Positions 1 through 10,944 of a stretch of 64,000 bases of DNA are shown piece by piece; within the stretch, counting starts at the first letter, position 1, and each line of letters starts with the position of its first letter. The position numbers and the translations under genes are program-made. The notes beneath the pieces are model-generated. The model had not been told where the DNA came from and searched no databases. It worked only from the letters and a program-made list of their open reading frames with translations. Source of the stretch: an uncultured delta proteobacterium (GTDB taxonomy: Bacteria; Myxococcota; Myxococcia; Myxococcales; Anaeromyxobacteraceae); assembly GCA_963828255.1 (NCBI GenBank), contig CAWHDZ010000030.1, positions 1-64,000 of the forward strand. The letters are read 5' to 3'.

Positions 1-1
1 G

Positions 2-1321
2 CTACCGGGCGCGCTGCTCGATGACCTCCTCGAAGTGGGCGAGGTAGGCCTGCGCGGTCTTGCGCCAGTCGTAGATCTCGGCCACCCGCTCGCCGGCCGC
101 GCGGGCCTCGGCCCGGGCCTCCTCCCGGTGGTCGAGCACCCAGGCGATCCGGTCGGCCAGGGCCGCGGGATCCCGCGGGTCGAAGGTGCGAAGCAAACCG
201 CCGAGAAGTCGGTTCTGCTCCTCGAGCGGGGGAATCGACGAGACGATCGTCGGGCAGCCGGCCCGCAGCGCCTCCAAGCTCGGCAGGCCGAACCCCTCGT
301 AGAGGGAGGGGAGGAGGAAGACGGTGGCGAGCCGGTAGAGCTTCTGGACGTCCTGGTCGGTCACGTAGCCCAGGGCGAAGAAATCGCGACCGTGCTCGAA
401 TCCTGCCTCGCGGAGAGCGGCCCGCACCTGTCCCGCATACCCAGCCGGGAACCCGACCTCGCGCGACTCCCGGAGGTGGATGGCATTGGGGCCCACGAAC
501 ACCGCTGGGACCCGCCGCCCCTGCCGCCGGAGGCGCGACAGCGCATCGACGATGGCGAGGTGGTTCTTGTGCGCCATCACCCAGCCGGTCATGAGTAGGA
601 ATTCACCAGGGAGTCCGTGGTCCTGGCGGAACTGCTCCAGCACCACGGGGTCTGGAGGGGCGTCCCGGACGTCCACTCCCAGCCGGACCACGCCGGACCT
701 CTCCGCGAACTCCGGGTAGAATCGGCCCAGTTCCTCGCGGACCGAATCGGTGGTGAGAAGGATGCGGTCGGACCGCGCGAGCCAGGCCTGGGTCACGCGT
801 TCCTGGCGGAGGCGCCAGGGGTCGTCCTCCGCGAAGAAATGCTTGAAGTTGAAGTCCTGGGGGGTGGTGACGACGGGGACGTCGAGCTTGGGAACGTCGA
901 GAAGGACCGGATAGGGAAAGCAGAGCAGGTCGAAGCGTGCGCTCGCACGAGCGATGAGCGCGCGCGAATCCCCCAGCCAGGCTCGCCACCACTCCGGTCC
1001 CGCCCGGCGCAGGCTCTGCGCCAGCACGGCGCCTCCGGGCTTCGACAGGGGGAGCCCCCAGAGGCCCTGCGCGTGGGCGAGCGGGTCGAGGAATCGGCTG
1101 GCGGCCGAGCCGTGACCGAGCCACTCCACCCGTAGGTTCGGTCCCGTGATCTCCACGGGCCACTCGCACCGGTGGTAGGCGGAGTTGTACCGGGCCAGCA
1201 GGAACGTGATGTCCCAGTCGCGCGCCTCCGGGATCTCCAGGAACGCCCCGGCAAGGCCGCGGAGGACTCGCTCGAGGCCGCCCGCGCTCATCACGTACTC
1301 GACGATCGCGAGCCGGCGCAT
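2..1321 (-). CDS. Glycosyltransferase family 4 (GT-B)
   Basis: Start set at MRRLAIVEYV within ORF 2..1786; GT4 motif LPSLYEGFGLPSLEA; TAG at 2-4. Confidence 0.88.
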   Translation of the reverse strand: MRRLAIVEYVMSAGGLERVLRGLAGAFLEIPEARDWDITFLLARYNSAYHRCEWPVEITGPNLRVEWLGHGSAASRFLDPLAHAQGLWGLPLSKPGGAVLAQSLRRAGPEWWRAWLGDSRALIARASARFDLLCFPYPVLLDVPKLDVPVVTTPQDFNFKHFFAEDDPWRLRQERVTQAWLARSDRILLTTDSVREELGRFYPEFAERSGVVRLGVDVRDAPPDPVVLEQFRQDHGLPGEFLLMTGWVMAHKNHLAIVDALSRLRRQGRRVPAVFVGPNAIHLRESREVGFPAGYAGQVRAALREAGFEHGRDFFALGYVTDQDVQKLYRLATVFLLPSLYEGFGLPSLEALRAGCPTIVSSIPPLEEQNRLLGGLLRTFDPRDPAALADRIAWVLDHREEARAEARAAGERVAEIYDWRKTAQAYLAHFEEVIEQRAR

Positions 1322-1391
1322 GGAGAACTTGTACGGCAGGAGCGAGAGCTTGCCAACGGGGCCGTAGGGTGACGCGTGGTATAGACGGCGA

Positions 1392-2675
1392 ATGCCCTGG
1401 CGGTATGACGTGGTCGGCTTCCTCGGCGGCGACTTCGGGCTCACGGTCGCCGCCCGGAACACCATCCAGGCCCTGACCGCATCTTCCCGTTGCGGCCGTG
1501 CGGTGTCGATCGAGCCTGCCCGGCTCGCCCGCGAACTGGCTCGGCTCGTGGGTCTGGTCGGCCCCGTCGAGTCCGTGCCGATCGCCGGGCCAGCGACCGG
1601 GCCGGCGGCGAAGAGCGTTGTGTTGCTCCAGGTGAACCCGCTGGAGATCGCCTGGTATGCTCGGCAATGGCGGGGCGCCGTGGAGCGACCCGCCATGGCC
1701 GCATGCGTGCCCTTCTGGGAGCTTCCCCTCGTTCCGGTCGCCTGGGTTCCCGTGCTGGAGGCGATGGACGTGATCCTGGCGCCCACGCGCTTCGTGCAGG
1801 CGGCCTGTGCCGCCGCGGTCCCTCCGGAGCGGGTCCTCCACTACCCCCAGGCTGTGTTCCTTCCGGAGGGGATCCGGCCCGACCGGGACGCATGGGGGCT
1901 CACGGGGAAGGGCACTACCTTCGTCGTCTCCTTCGACATCGGCAGCGACATCGAGCGGAAGAATCCCTGGGCCGCCCTGGAGGCGTTCCGGCAGGCGTTC
2001 CCCAACGACCCCGGGGTGCGGCTCGTGATCAAGACCAAGCCATGGCCAGGGGTGCAGGCCTACCGTGCCCAGGCCGAGGCACTGCGCGCCCGGGTCGCTG
2101 CGGACCGACGGATCCGGGTGGTGGATCGGTCTCTCTCCTACCCCGAGGTGCTTGGCCTGTATGCGAGCGGGGACGTCATGGTCTCGCTCCACCGCTCGGA
2201 GGGGCTGGGGCTGCACCTCATGGAGGCGATGAGCCTCCGCAAGGTGGTGGTGGCGACCGGCTGGTCGGGCAACATGGACTTCATGACCGATCGGGATTCC
2301 GTTCCGGTCGGGTACCGCATGGTTCCTGTCTCCACGCGCCACTCACACTACCTGTCCGAGGTCGGCCGGCCCGGGCAAGAATGGGCCGAGGCGGACGTCG
2401 GCGAGGCCGCCCGGGCCCTGCGAATGCTGCACGAGTACCCGGAACGGCGCCAGTCGTTGGCCGATGCGGCGGAGGGGAGCATGCTGGAAAGGCGGCGAGA
2501 AATGCTCTTGGGAGCGACATTCGAGCGCCTGGAGGCGATCCTGGCGAGCGCGCCCAGCTCTCCCGATCGCCTCGAGGCCGCGCTCCGGGTCACCCGGTGG
2601 CGAGTTCTCCGCCAGATCCTGGGGGCGGGCTTCCGCGACGTGGGAGGGAGGATCACGGGCAGACGGAATCCGTGA
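1392..2675 (+). CDS. Glycosyltransferase (GT4-like)
   Basis: FWELP, RKNPWAALEAF and SLHRSEGLGLHLMEAM motifs; divergent from the upstream GT. Confidence 0.85.
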   Translation: MPWRYDVVGFLGGDFGLTVAARNTIQALTASSRCGRAVSIEPARLARELARLVGLVGPVESVPIAGPATGPAAKSVVLLQVNPLEIAWYARQWRGAVERPAMAACVPFWELPLVPVAWVPVLEAMDVILAPTRFVQAACAAAVPPERVLHYPQAVFLPEGIRPDRDAWGLTGKGTTFVVSFDIGSDIERKNPWAALEAFRQAFPNDPGVRLVIKTKPWPGVQAYRAQAEALRARVAADRRIRVVDRSLSYPEVLGLYASGDVMVSLHRSEGLGLHLMEAMSLRKVVVATGWSGNMDFMTDRDSVPVGYRMVPVSTRHSHYLSEVGRPGQEWAEADVGEAARALRMLHEYPERRQSLADAAEGSMLERRREMLLGATFERLEAILASAPSSPDRLEAALRVTRWRVLRQILGAGFRDVGGRITGRRNP

Positions 2676-2728
2676 GGCTGGGAAGAAGTGGTTCCCCGGA
2701 GCCCGTGGTATACACGGACCATCTGGGC

Positions 2729-3583
2729 ATGATGACAGAGGAAATCCAGAAACGTGCCGAGGCCTTGCCGTCGCGGGTCATCCGCGCCCACTCGGGCTGG
2801 GCGCCCCTGGATCTGGCCGAGGTCTGGCGGCATCGCGAGCTACTGCTCTTCATGGCTTGGCGCGACGTCCAGCTGCGTTATCGCCAGACCGCACTGGGGG
2901 TCGGCTGGGCGGTCCTGCAGCCGTTGCTCACGGCGATCGTGTTCGCGGTCTTCTTCGGTCGCCTCGGGGGAATTCCATCGGACGGGCTGCCCTACCCGAT
3001 CTTCGCCCTCGCCGGGCTCATCCCTTGGCAGCTCTTCGCGTTCGCGCTGCTCCAGTCGAGCACGAGCCTCGTCGACAACCAGAACATGCTTCGCAAGGTC
3101 TATTTCCCGAGAGTCATCGTCCCGATCGCCTCGGTGGGAGCGGGAGTCCTGGACTTCCTCGTCTCCTTCCTGCTCCTGGCCGCAGCGATGGCCTGGTATG
3201 GGTTCTCCCCGACCTGGCGGATGCTGGCGCTCGGTCCGCTCGTCCTCTTGACGCTCGTGACCGCCCTGGGCGTCGGGCTGTGGCTCGCGACGTTGAACGT
3301 CCGGTATCGAGACATCCGCTACACCGTCCCCTTCCTCGGCCAGCTCTGGCTCCTCGCGACCCCGGTCGCGTACCCCGCCAGCATCGTTCCCGAGCGGTGG
3401 CGTCCCGTGATGGGACTCAACCCCATGGCCGGAGTCGTGGAGGGCTTTCGATGGGCCCTCCTGGGGGCGGGCCAGGTCTCCGGTGGCCTGCTCGCAGTCT
3501 CCTCCGTCGTCGCGAGCCTGCTGCTCGTCTCCGGGCTCCTCTACTTTCGCCGCATGGAGCGCGGCTTCGCCGACGTCATCTAG
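2729..3583 (+). CDS. wzm: ABC-2 polysaccharide export permease
   Basis: RDVQLRYRQTALGVGWAVLQP, KVYFPR and NPMAGVVEGFRWAL motifs; about 6 hydrophobic segments. Confidence 0.92.
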   Translation: MMTEEIQKRAEALPSRVIRAHSGWAPLDLAEVWRHRELLLFMAWRDVQLRYRQTALGVGWAVLQPLLTAIVFAVFFGRLGGIPSDGLPYPIFALAGLIPWQLFAFALLQSSTSLVDNQNMLRKVYFPRVIVPIASVGAGVLDFLVSFLLLAAAMAWYGFSPTWRMLALGPLVLLTLVTALGVGLWLATLNVRYRDIRYTVPFLGQLWLLATPVAYPASIVPERWRPVMGLNPMAGVVEGFRWALLGAGQVSGGLLAVSSVVASLLLVSGLLYFRRMERGFADVI

Positions 3584-3585
3584 CC

Positions 3586-4881
3586 ATGGGGACTCCGGCG
3601 CTCAGAGTCGAGGGACTGGGCAAGCGCTACCGGCTGCGTGGCGGTGGGCCCGACTACGACACCTTCGCGGACAGCCTGCGACGCAACCTCGGTGCACCCT
3701 TGCGCTGGATGCGGGGGCGGCGCCGCGCCGAACCCCTGGCAACATTCTGGGCGCTGAAGGACGTCTCGTTCGAGGTTCCCGTGGGCCAGGCCGTCGGGGT
3801 GATCGGGCGCAACGGCGCGGGAAAGAGCACCCTGCTCAAGATCCTGTCGGGCGTTGCGGAGCCGACGACGGGCCAGGCGGCTGTGTGGGGAACGATGGGC
3901 GCGCTCCTGGAGGTGGGGACGGGATTCCACCCGGAGCTGACCGGTCGGGAGAACGTGTTCCTCAACGGTGCAATCCTCGGGATGAAGCGAGCGGAGGTCG
4001 CGCGGAAGTTCGACGAGATCGTGGCCTTCGCGGGGATCGAGAAGTTCATCGACACTCCGGCCAAGCACTACTCGAGCGGGATGTACATGCGGCTGGCGTT
4101 CGCCGTGGCTGCCCACCTGGAGACGACCATTCTGGTCGTCGACGAGGTCCTCGCGGTGGGCGACGCCGAGTTCCAGAGGAAGTGCCTCCAGAAGATGGAG
4201 CAGGCGGGATCGCAGGGGCGAACCGTCGTGTTCGTGTCCCACGACATGACGGCCGTGACCCGGCTCTGCACGAGGGCCCTCCTGCTCGACCAGGGCAGTC
4301 TGCTGCGCGACGGGACCGCAAGCGAGGTGGTTCACCACTATCTTCACGGTGGCGCAATGCACGGAGCGGCAGTCCGTGAGTGGCCGGACACGGCCCTCGC
4401 CCCCGGAGATGCCGTGGCCAGGCTCCACGCGGTGCGGGTGCTTGACGATGCCGGGAATCCGGCACCGGAGGTGGACATCCGGAAGCCCGTTCACATCGAG
4501 GTGGACTTCTGGAACCTGAACCCGGCGGCCGGGGCCGCGGCGAACCTGCACCTCTTTGACGACCAGGGAACTTGCGTCTTCGTCACGGCCGACTTTAATT
4601 CGCCGGAGTGGGGAAAGAGTCCCCGGCCCCGCGGTCTGGTCCGAAGCACGTGCACGATCCCTGGCAATTTCCTCGCCGAAGGGTATTTCCGGGTACTGGC
4701 CGCAGTGAGCAGCTTCCCGCGAACGACCGTGCACGCCATCGAGCAGGATGCGGTCGCGTTCGCGGTCGTGGACAGGAGCGAGGGCGACGGAGTCCGAGGG
4801 CCCTACGCCGGGCCGTACCCGGGAGTCGTTCGACCCATGCTGCGATGGGCTTACCGGACGCTGGAGGGAGGAGCGGAATGA
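3586..4881 (+). CDS. wzt: Polysaccharide ABC transporter ATPase with C-terminal Wzt_C-like domain
   Basis: FWALKDVSF, Walker A GRNGAGKST, YSSGMYMRLAFAVA; ~170-aa beta-rich C-terminal extension. Confidence 0.92.
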   Translation: MGTPALRVEGLGKRYRLRGGGPDYDTFADSLRRNLGAPLRWMRGRRRAEPLATFWALKDVSFEVPVGQAVGVIGRNGAGKSTLLKILSGVAEPTTGQAAVWGTMGALLEVGTGFHPELTGRENVFLNGAILGMKRAEVARKFDEIVAFAGIEKFIDTPAKHYSSGMYMRLAFAVAAHLETTILVVDEVLAVGDAEFQRKCLQKMEQAGSQGRTVVFVSHDMTAVTRLCTRALLLDQGSLLRDGTASEVVHHYLHGGAMHGAAVREWPDTALAPGDAVARLHAVRVLDDAGNPAPEVDIRKPVHIEVDFWNLNPAAGAAANLHLFDDQGTCVFVTADFNSPEWGKSPRPRGLVRSTCTIPGNFLAEGYFRVLAAVSSFPRTTVHAIEQDAVAFAVVDRSEGDGVRGPYAGPYPGVVRPMLRWAYRTLEGGAE

Positions 4882-5648
4882 AGGTCGTCCTGCTGGCCGG
4901 TGGTCTGGGAACGCGCCTCGCGGAGGAGACGGAGGTGCGGCCGAAGCCCATGGTCGAGATCGGGGGCAAGCCGATCCTGTGGCACATCATGAAGCACTAT
5001 GATCGCCACGGGTTCAACGAATTCTTCGTGGCCCTCGGGTACAAAGGGGAAGCGATCAAGCGCTACTTCCTCGACTACGCCACCCTCAGCGGAAACATGG
5101 CCGTGGAGACGGCCACGGGCAAGGTCGCCCCGTCCTCCCGGGAATGCGAGCGCTGGCTCGTGAACCTGGTGGACACCGGGCTCGACTCGTACACCGGAGG
5201 CCGGTTGAAGCGGCTCCAGCCATGGGTGGGCGAGGAGACCTTCATGTTGACTTACGGGGACGGGGTGTCGGACGTGGACCTCGGCGAGCTTCTTCGATTC
5301 CACCGCAAGCAAGGGCGCATCGCGACGGTGACCGCGGTTCGCCCCCCCGCACGCTTCGGTGGGCTCGTCCTCGATGGCGACGCGGTGAGGGCCTTCACCG
5401 AGAAGCCGCAGGCTGGTGAGGGATGGATCAATGGCGGCTTCATCGTCTTTGAGCCACAGGTGTTCGCGTATCTCGACGGCGACAGGACGAGCCTCGAGGC
5501 GGAGGTGCTCGAGCGGCTCGCCACCGACGGTCAGCTGGCCGCCTTCCGACATGCCGGATTCTGGCAGTGCATGGACACGCTCCGGGACAAGAACCTCCTG
5601 GAGTCTCTCTGGCAGCAGGGCCGCGCTCCCTGGAGGACCTGGCATTGA
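4878..5648 (+). CDS. rfbF: Glucose-1-phosphate cytidylyltransferase
   Basis: [46 protein letters not shown] overlap with wzt. Confidence 0.93.
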   Translation: MKVVLLAGGLGTRLAEETEVRPKPMVEIGGKPILWHIMKHYDRHGFNEFFVALGYKGEAIKRYFLDYATLSGNMAVETATGKVAPSSRECERWLVNLVDTGLDSYTGGRLKRLQPWVGEETFMLTYGDGVSDVDLGELLRFHRKQGRIATVTAVRPPARFGGLVLDGDAVRAFTEKPQAGEGWINGGFIVFEPQVFAYLDGDRTSLEAEVLERLATDGQLAAFRHAGFWQCMDTLRDKNLLESLWQQGRAPWRTWH

Positions 5649-6625
5649 GCGAATTCTGGCGAGATCGACCGACGTTCGTGACCGGTGCGACGGGATTGGT
5701 GGGCTCGTGGACCGTGAAGCGTCTCCTCGACGCGGGGGCGCAGGTCAGCTGCCTCGTGCGGGATTCGGTGCCGCGCTCGGAGTTCGTGCGCGCCGGAATG
5801 CTCGATCGAATCACCGTCATCCAGGGCGACGTTCGGGACCAGGCCCTTCTCGAGCGAGCGCTCGGGGAGTACGAGATCGACACGGTCCTTCACCTCGCGG
5901 CCCAGACGATCGTTCCCATCGCAAATCGCAATCCCGCATCCACGTTCGAGACGAACGTGGGGGGCACCTGGTCCCTGCTGGAGGCCTGCCGGAGAAGCCC
6001 CCTGGTGAAGCAGATCGTCGTGGCGTCGTCCGACAAGGCCTACGGCGATCACCACCACCTCCCGTATGCCGAGGAGGCCCCGCTCCAGGGGCGCCACCCG
6101 TACGACGTGTCGAAGTCGTGCGCGGACCTCATCGGCCAGAGCTACGCGCACTCCTTCGGGCTACCCGTGGCAATCACCCGGTGCGGCAATTTCTTCGGCG
6201 GCGGCGACCTCAACTGGAACCGCATCGTTCCAGGCACCATTCGATCGGTGCTTCGCGGGCATCGACCCGTGATCCGGTCGGACGGCGCCTACGTTCGGGA
6301 CTACTTCTACGTCGAGGACGGAGCCGCAGCATACCTGCTGCTCGCCGAGAAGCTCGCCGCAGACCACTCCCTCCGAGGACAGGCGTTCAACTTCTCCAAC
6401 GAGGTCCAGGTCACCGTTCGGGAGTTCGTGGACCGGATCCTGCGCCGCATGGGATCGGGCCTCGAACCCGACATCCGGAACGAGGCCCAGCGCGAGATCC
6501 GTCACCAGTACCTGACGGCCGAGAAGGCGCGCCGTCTGCTGGGATGGAAGGCGCTCCACACCCTGGACGATGGGCTGGAGAGGACCATCGCCTGGTACCG
6601 GGACTTCCTGGGGGACAAGGCATGA
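5645..6625 (+). CDS. NDP-sugar 4,6-dehydratase, CDP-glucose 4,6-dehydratase (RfbG)-like SDR
   Basis: TTG start overlapping the rfbF stop, [45 protein letters not shown]. Confidence 0.85.
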   Translation: MSEFWRDRPTFVTGATGLVGSWTVKRLLDAGAQVSCLVRDSVPRSEFVRAGMLDRITVIQGDVRDQALLERALGEYEIDTVLHLAAQTIVPIANRNPASTFETNVGGTWSLLEACRRSPLVKQIVVASSDKAYGDHHHLPYAEEAPLQGRHPYDVSKSCADLIGQSYAHSFGLPVAITRCGNFFGGGDLNWNRIVPGTIRSVLRGHRPVIRSDGAYVRDYFYVEDGAAAYLLLAEKLAADHSLRGQAFNFSNEVQVTVREFVDRILRRMGSGLEPDIRNEAQREIRHQYLTAEKARRLLGWKALHTLDDGLERTIAWYRDFLGDKA

Positions 6626-7857
6626 CCCAGGTGAACGCCTGCCGGGCCTGTGGTTCGAGGGGCCTGGAGGTCGTGCTGTCGCTCGGGCACACGCCGCTGG
6701 CGAACGCCCTCGTGCACTCCGACCGGCTGGACTTGCCAGAGGCGCTCTACCCGCTCGCCCTCGCCTTCTGCCCGACCTGCAGCCTGGTCCAAATCACGGA
6801 GGCCGTGCCCCCGGAGGAACTCTTCCTCGACTATCCCTACTTCTCATCGGTCTCCGACACCATGCTGGAGCACGCGCGCACGCTGGTGGGGCGATTGGCC
6901 GGCGAGCGGCGGCTGGGGGGCGATAGCCTGGTGATGGAGGTGGCCAGCAACGACGGGTACCTACTCCAGTACTACAAGCAACGTGGCGTTCCCGTGCTGG
7001 GCATCGAACCAGCTCGAAACGTCGCCGCCGTCGCCGTGCGGGAGCGGGGCATCCCCACGGTGACCGAGTTCTTCGGGATGGACCTCGCGGTCCGACTGGT
7101 CGCCTCGGGCCAGCGTGCCGACGTGCTCCATGCCAACAACGTCCTCGCCCATGTACCGGACCTGAACGGCTTCGTGAGGGGAGTGTACGCCGTTCTCAAG
7201 GATGACGGCGTCGCGATCATCGAGGTGCCCTACCTCGGCGAGATGATCCCCCGACTCGAGTTCGACACGATCTATCATGAGCACCTCTGCTACTTTTCGC
7301 TCACCGCGCTGGATCGACTGTTCCGGCGCCACGGCCTCGAGATCCGTGACGTGGAGGAGATCCCGATGCATGGTGGGTCGCTGCTGCTCGAGGTGGCGCG
7401 CTCCCCGGCCCGCGGTGCCACCTCGCAGCGCGTCGGGGCGATGCTCCGCCGGGAGGCCGACGCGGGTATGACGACCACGGGTTACTACGCCGAGTTCGCG
7501 CCACGAGTCCTTGCATGGCGAGATCGCTTCCGCGGCATGCTCGCCGACATGAAGGCGAGAGGGCAGCGGATCGCGGCCTACGGCGCCGCTGCCAAGGGAA
7601 GCACCCTCCTCAACTTTGCAGGCGTGGGGAGCGAGACCTTGGACTACGTCGTCGACCGTTCCAGGCACAAGCAGGGGCGCTTCATGCCCGGCGTGCACCT
7701 GCCCATCCGGCCGCCGGAAGTCCTGCTCGAGTCCCAGCCCGACGCGGTGGTGCTCCTGACGTGGAACTTCAGGGACGAGATCCTGGCCCAGCAGGCGGAG
7801 TACAGGCGCCGTGGCGGAAAGTTCCTGATCCCCATCCCCACACCCCATTTCGCGTGA
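6622..7857 (+). CDS. SAM-dependent NDP-sugar C-methyltransferase
   Basis: N-terminal CRAC..CPTC zinc site, [22 protein letters not shown]. Confidence 0.88.
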   Translation: MTQVNACRACGSRGLEVVLSLGHTPLANALVHSDRLDLPEALYPLALAFCPTCSLVQITEAVPPEELFLDYPYFSSVSDTMLEHARTLVGRLAGERRLGGDSLVMEVASNDGYLLQYYKQRGVPVLGIEPARNVAAVAVRERGIPTVTEFFGMDLAVRLVASGQRADVLHANNVLAHVPDLNGFVRGVYAVLKDDGVAIIEVPYLGEMIPRLEFDTIYHEHLCYFSLTALDRLFRRHGLEIRDVEEIPMHGGSLLLEVARSPARGATSQRVGAMLRREADAGMTTTGYYAEFAPRVLAWRDRFRGMLADMKARGQRIAAYGAAAKGSTLLNFAGVGSETLDYVVDRSRHKQGRFMPGVHLPIRPPEVLLESQPDAVVLLTWNFRDEILAQQAEYRRRGGKFLIPIPTPHFA

Positions 7858-8393
7858 TCTTCGATCCAACGCCCATCCCTGGCTCGTTCCTGCTCCGTCC
7901 CAGCCGGCTGGCGGACGAACGCGGGTTCTTCGCCCGAACCTGGAGCCGGGAGGATCTGGAGGCACGGGGCCTTGCAGGAGTGCTTGATCACGTCAGCGTC
8001 TCCTGGAACCAACGCGCGAGAACGCTGCGCGGCATGCACGTCCAGGTGGCCCCCTGCGAGGAGGTCAAGGTCGTCTCGTGCCTGCGTGGAGCCATCCACG
8101 ACGTCATCGTCGACCTGCGCCCGGGCTCGCCCGCCCTTCACCGGTGGTGGTCCACGCGCCTGGACCCCGGCGAGATGGCGGCGCTCTACGTCCCTGAGGG
8201 CGTGGCCCACGGGTTCCTGACGCTCGAGGACGACACGCTCGTCCAGTACGCCATCTCGGGACGATGGAGCCCCAGCCATTCCCGGGGGCTGCGCTTCGAC
8301 GATCCCTTGCTTGGGATCGATTGGCCAGGGACGCCTTCGGTGGTCAACCAGCGCGACAGGGCGTGGCCGTTGCTCGGGGAAACCACGAAATGA
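7854..8393 (+). CDS. NDP-4-keto-6-deoxyhexose 3,5-epimerase (RmlC/RfbC family)
   Basis: [42 protein letters not shown] overlap. Confidence 0.9.
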   Translation: MIFDPTPIPGSFLLRPSRLADERGFFARTWSREDLEARGLAGVLDHVSVSWNQRARTLRGMHVQVAPCEEVKVVSCLRGAIHDVIVDLRPGSPALHRWWSTRLDPGEMAALYVPEGVAHGFLTLEDDTLVQYAISGRWSPSHSRGLRFDDPLLGIDWPGTPSVVNQRDRAWPLLGETTK

Positions 8394-9058
8394 GCACTCT
8401 CGGGAAGATGATCCTCTGGGGAGCGACCGGCCAGGCGAGGGTGCTGCGGGAGTGCATGGCCCACGCAGGTCACGACGTCGTGGCGGTCTTCGACAACGAT
8501 CCAACCGTCGAATGCCCATTTCCGGGCGTGCCCCTGTTCGTGGGGCGAGCCGGCTTTGAGCGGTGGAGAGAGCGGCAGGCGGACTTCTCCGGAATGGGGT
8601 TCCTGGTGGCCATCGGCGGGGAGATGGGCAGGGATCGGCTGGAGATCCAGGAGTGGCTCGGGGGCGAAGGCCTGTCACCGCTCACGGCGGTCCACCCCAG
8701 AGCCTTCGTGGCAGCCGATGCACGCGTCGGCGAGGGCTCCCAGATCCTGGCGCAGGCGGCGGTGTGCGTCGAGGCGACGATCGGCCGAGCTTGCATCGTG
8801 AACACGGGAGCCACCATCGACCACGAGTGCGTCCTTGGAGACGGAGTCCACGTCGCTCCGGGAGCCCACCTGGCGGGGTGCGTCGAGATCGGGAATTTCG
8901 CGATGATCGGAACCGGAGCCTCGATCCTGCCCAGGGTGCGGATCGGCGAGAATGCGATCATCGGAGCCGGTGCGGTGGTAACACGGAACGTCGAGCAAGG
9001 AGCGGTGATGGTGGGAAACCCAGCCCGAAGGCTGGAGGCGGGAAGGAAGAGGGAATGA
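8390..9058 (+). CDS. Sugar N/O-acetyltransferase (PglD/NeuD/PerB family, left-handed beta-helix)
   Basis: VAIG, IVNTGATIDHEC, hexapeptide repeats, VGNPAR. Confidence 0.88.
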   Translation: MSTLGKMILWGATGQARVLRECMAHAGHDVVAVFDNDPTVECPFPGVPLFVGRAGFERWRERQADFSGMGFLVAIGGEMGRDRLEIQEWLGGEGLSPLTAVHPRAFVAADARVGEGSQILAQAAVCVEATIGRACIVNTGATIDHECVLGDGVHVAPGAHLAGCVEIGNFAMIGTGASILPRVRIGENAIIGAGAVVTRNVEQGAVMVGNPARRLEAGRKRE

Positions 9059-9792
9059 GTGCGGGCGAGGAATTCGATCGGGAGAAGCGCGCCTGGGCGG
9101 AACGCATGTCCCGGGACGGCTCCGTGGCCAAGATCACGAGGGCGTGGTTCGACGAGACCGCGCGCTACCGGTACTCCTACAACTTCACCTGGCTCGGCCG
9201 TCCCATCATCCAGTACCCGCAGGACATCGTCGCCCTGCAGCAGGTGGTGTGGGAGACCAAGCCGGACCTGATTGTCGAGACTGGAGTGGCCCACGGCGGC
9301 TCGCTGGTCCTCTCCGCTTCACTGTTGCGGCTCCTCGGTGGGGAAGGGCGGGTCGTCGGGATCGACATCGACATCCGGACTCGCAACCGCGAGGCGATCG
9401 AGCGACACCCGATGGCGCCATGGATCTCCCTGATCGAGGGTTCATCCACAAGCGAGGCCGTGCTGGAACAGGTCCGCGCCGTTGCCGCTTCCTACCGGAA
9501 GGTGATGGTCATCCTCGACTCGAACCACACCCACGAGCACGTCGCGCGGGAGCTCGAGCTGTACTCGCCGCTCGTCTGCAAGGGCAGCTACCTCATCGTG
9601 ATGGATACCGTCATCGAGGACATGGCGCCGGGGGCGTTCCCGGATCGACCGTGGGGCCCCGGCAACAACCCGAAGACCGCGGTTCGCGAGTTCCTGGCCC
9701 GCAACAGCCGCTTCGTCGTGGACGAGGAGCTGGAGAAAACGCTGCTCATCAGCGTGGCGCCGAGCGGTTACCTGCGTTGCGTCCAGGACTAG
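9055..9792 (+). CDS. CmcI (cephalosporin hydroxylase) family protein, probable sugar O-methyltransferase
   Basis: YSYNFTWLGRPIIQYPQD, KPDLIVETGVAHGGS, LDSNHTHEHV. Confidence 0.87.
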   Translation: MSAGEEFDREKRAWAERMSRDGSVAKITRAWFDETARYRYSYNFTWLGRPIIQYPQDIVALQQVVWETKPDLIVETGVAHGGSLVLSASLLRLLGGEGRVVGIDIDIRTRNREAIERHPMAPWISLIEGSSTSEAVLEQVRAVAASYRKVMVILDSNHTHEHVARELELYSPLVCKGSYLIVMDTVIEDMAPGAFPDRPWGPGNNPKTAVREFLARNSRFVVDEELEKTLLISVAPSGYLRCVQD

Positions 9793-9797
9793 ATCCC

Positions 9798-10916
9798 ATG
9801 GGCCGAATCCCCATCGCCGGGCCGTGGATCACCCAGAAGGAGATCGACTACGTCACCGACGCGGTGACCCGGGGCTGGTACCAGGACGCGGGCATATTCC
9901 ACGAGCGCTTCGAGAGGGCCTTCGCCGAGCACCTCGGGGTGCGTCACGCCATGGCGCTCCCATCCTGCACGTCGGCCATCCACCTCTCGTTGCTGGCGCT
10001 CGGGCTGGGTCCGGGGGACGAGGTCGTGGTTCCGGACAGCACCTGGATCGCCACCAGCGCCCCGGTGAGCTACGTCGGCGCCACGCCCGTGTTCGCAGAC
10101 GTCGATCCCGTCACCTGGTGCCTGTCAGCGGAATCCTTCGAGGCTCGGATCACCAGCCGGACCAAGGCGGTCATCCCGGTCGATCTCTACGGCGGAATGC
10201 CCGACTGGAGCGCCCTGCATCGCATCGCCGCGGAGCGTGGGATCGCGATCATCGAGGATGCGGCGGAGGCCATCGGCTCCGAGTGGCGTGGACGGAAGGC
10301 GGGGAGCCTGGGAAACGTCGGCGTCTTCAGCTTTCACGGGTCGAAGACCCTGACCACAGGGGAAGGGGGCCTGCTGGCCACCGACGACGACGAGCTCTTC
10401 GAGCGAGCATCCGTCCTCCGCGACCACGGGCGGAGGCCGGGAGATCGACAGTTCTGGAATCTCGAGGTGGCGCACAAGTACAGGATGTCCAGCATGCAGG
10501 CGGCGCTCGGACTGGCGCAACTCGAGCGCCTGCCCGAACTGGTCGAGAGGAAGCGGGAGATATTCGAGTGGTACCGGAGCGAACTGGGCGGGGTGCCCGG
10601 AATCGCGATGAACGCCGAGCCCGAGGGCACCAGGAACAGCTACTGGATGGTGACCCTCGTGAACCAGCGGGCCGATGCCCCGGCCAAGGAGGAACTGATC
10701 CGATGGCTGGGTGAGCACGGGATCGACAGCCGGCCATTCTTCTATCCGCTGAGCTCGCTGCCAGCGTATGCAAGGCCGGGTGTGGACCCGCCGCACAACC
10801 CCGTTTCGCACCGTTTGAGCCGGACCGGCTTGAACTTGCCTTCTGCGCTCAACCTGACCCGGAATCAGGTTGGCGAAGTCGCCAGGGCCGTCATCGAACG
10901 CCTGGGCCCGGCGTGA
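9798..10916 (+). CDS. DegT/DnrJ/EryC1/StrS PLP aminotransferase (perosamine synthase-like)
   Basis: IEDAAEAIG, FSFHGSKTLTTGEGG (PLP lysine), LNLPS. Confidence 0.9.
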   Translation: MGRIPIAGPWITQKEIDYVTDAVTRGWYQDAGIFHERFERAFAEHLGVRHAMALPSCTSAIHLSLLALGLGPGDEVVVPDSTWIATSAPVSYVGATPVFADVDPVTWCLSAESFEARITSRTKAVIPVDLYGGMPDWSALHRIAAERGIAIIEDAAEAIGSEWRGRKAGSLGNVGVFSFHGSKTLTTGEGGLLATDDDELFERASVLRDHGRRPGDRQFWNLEVAHKYRMSSMQAALGLAQLERLPELVERKREIFEWYRSELGGVPGIAMNAEPEGTRNSYWMVTLVNQRADAPAKEELIRWLGEHGIDSRPFFYPLSSLPAYARPGVDPPHNPVSHRLSRTGLNLPSALNLTRNQVGEVARAVIERLGPA

Positions 10917-10944
10917 GCTCCGCCGGAGGGTGGTGTTGAGCGCC

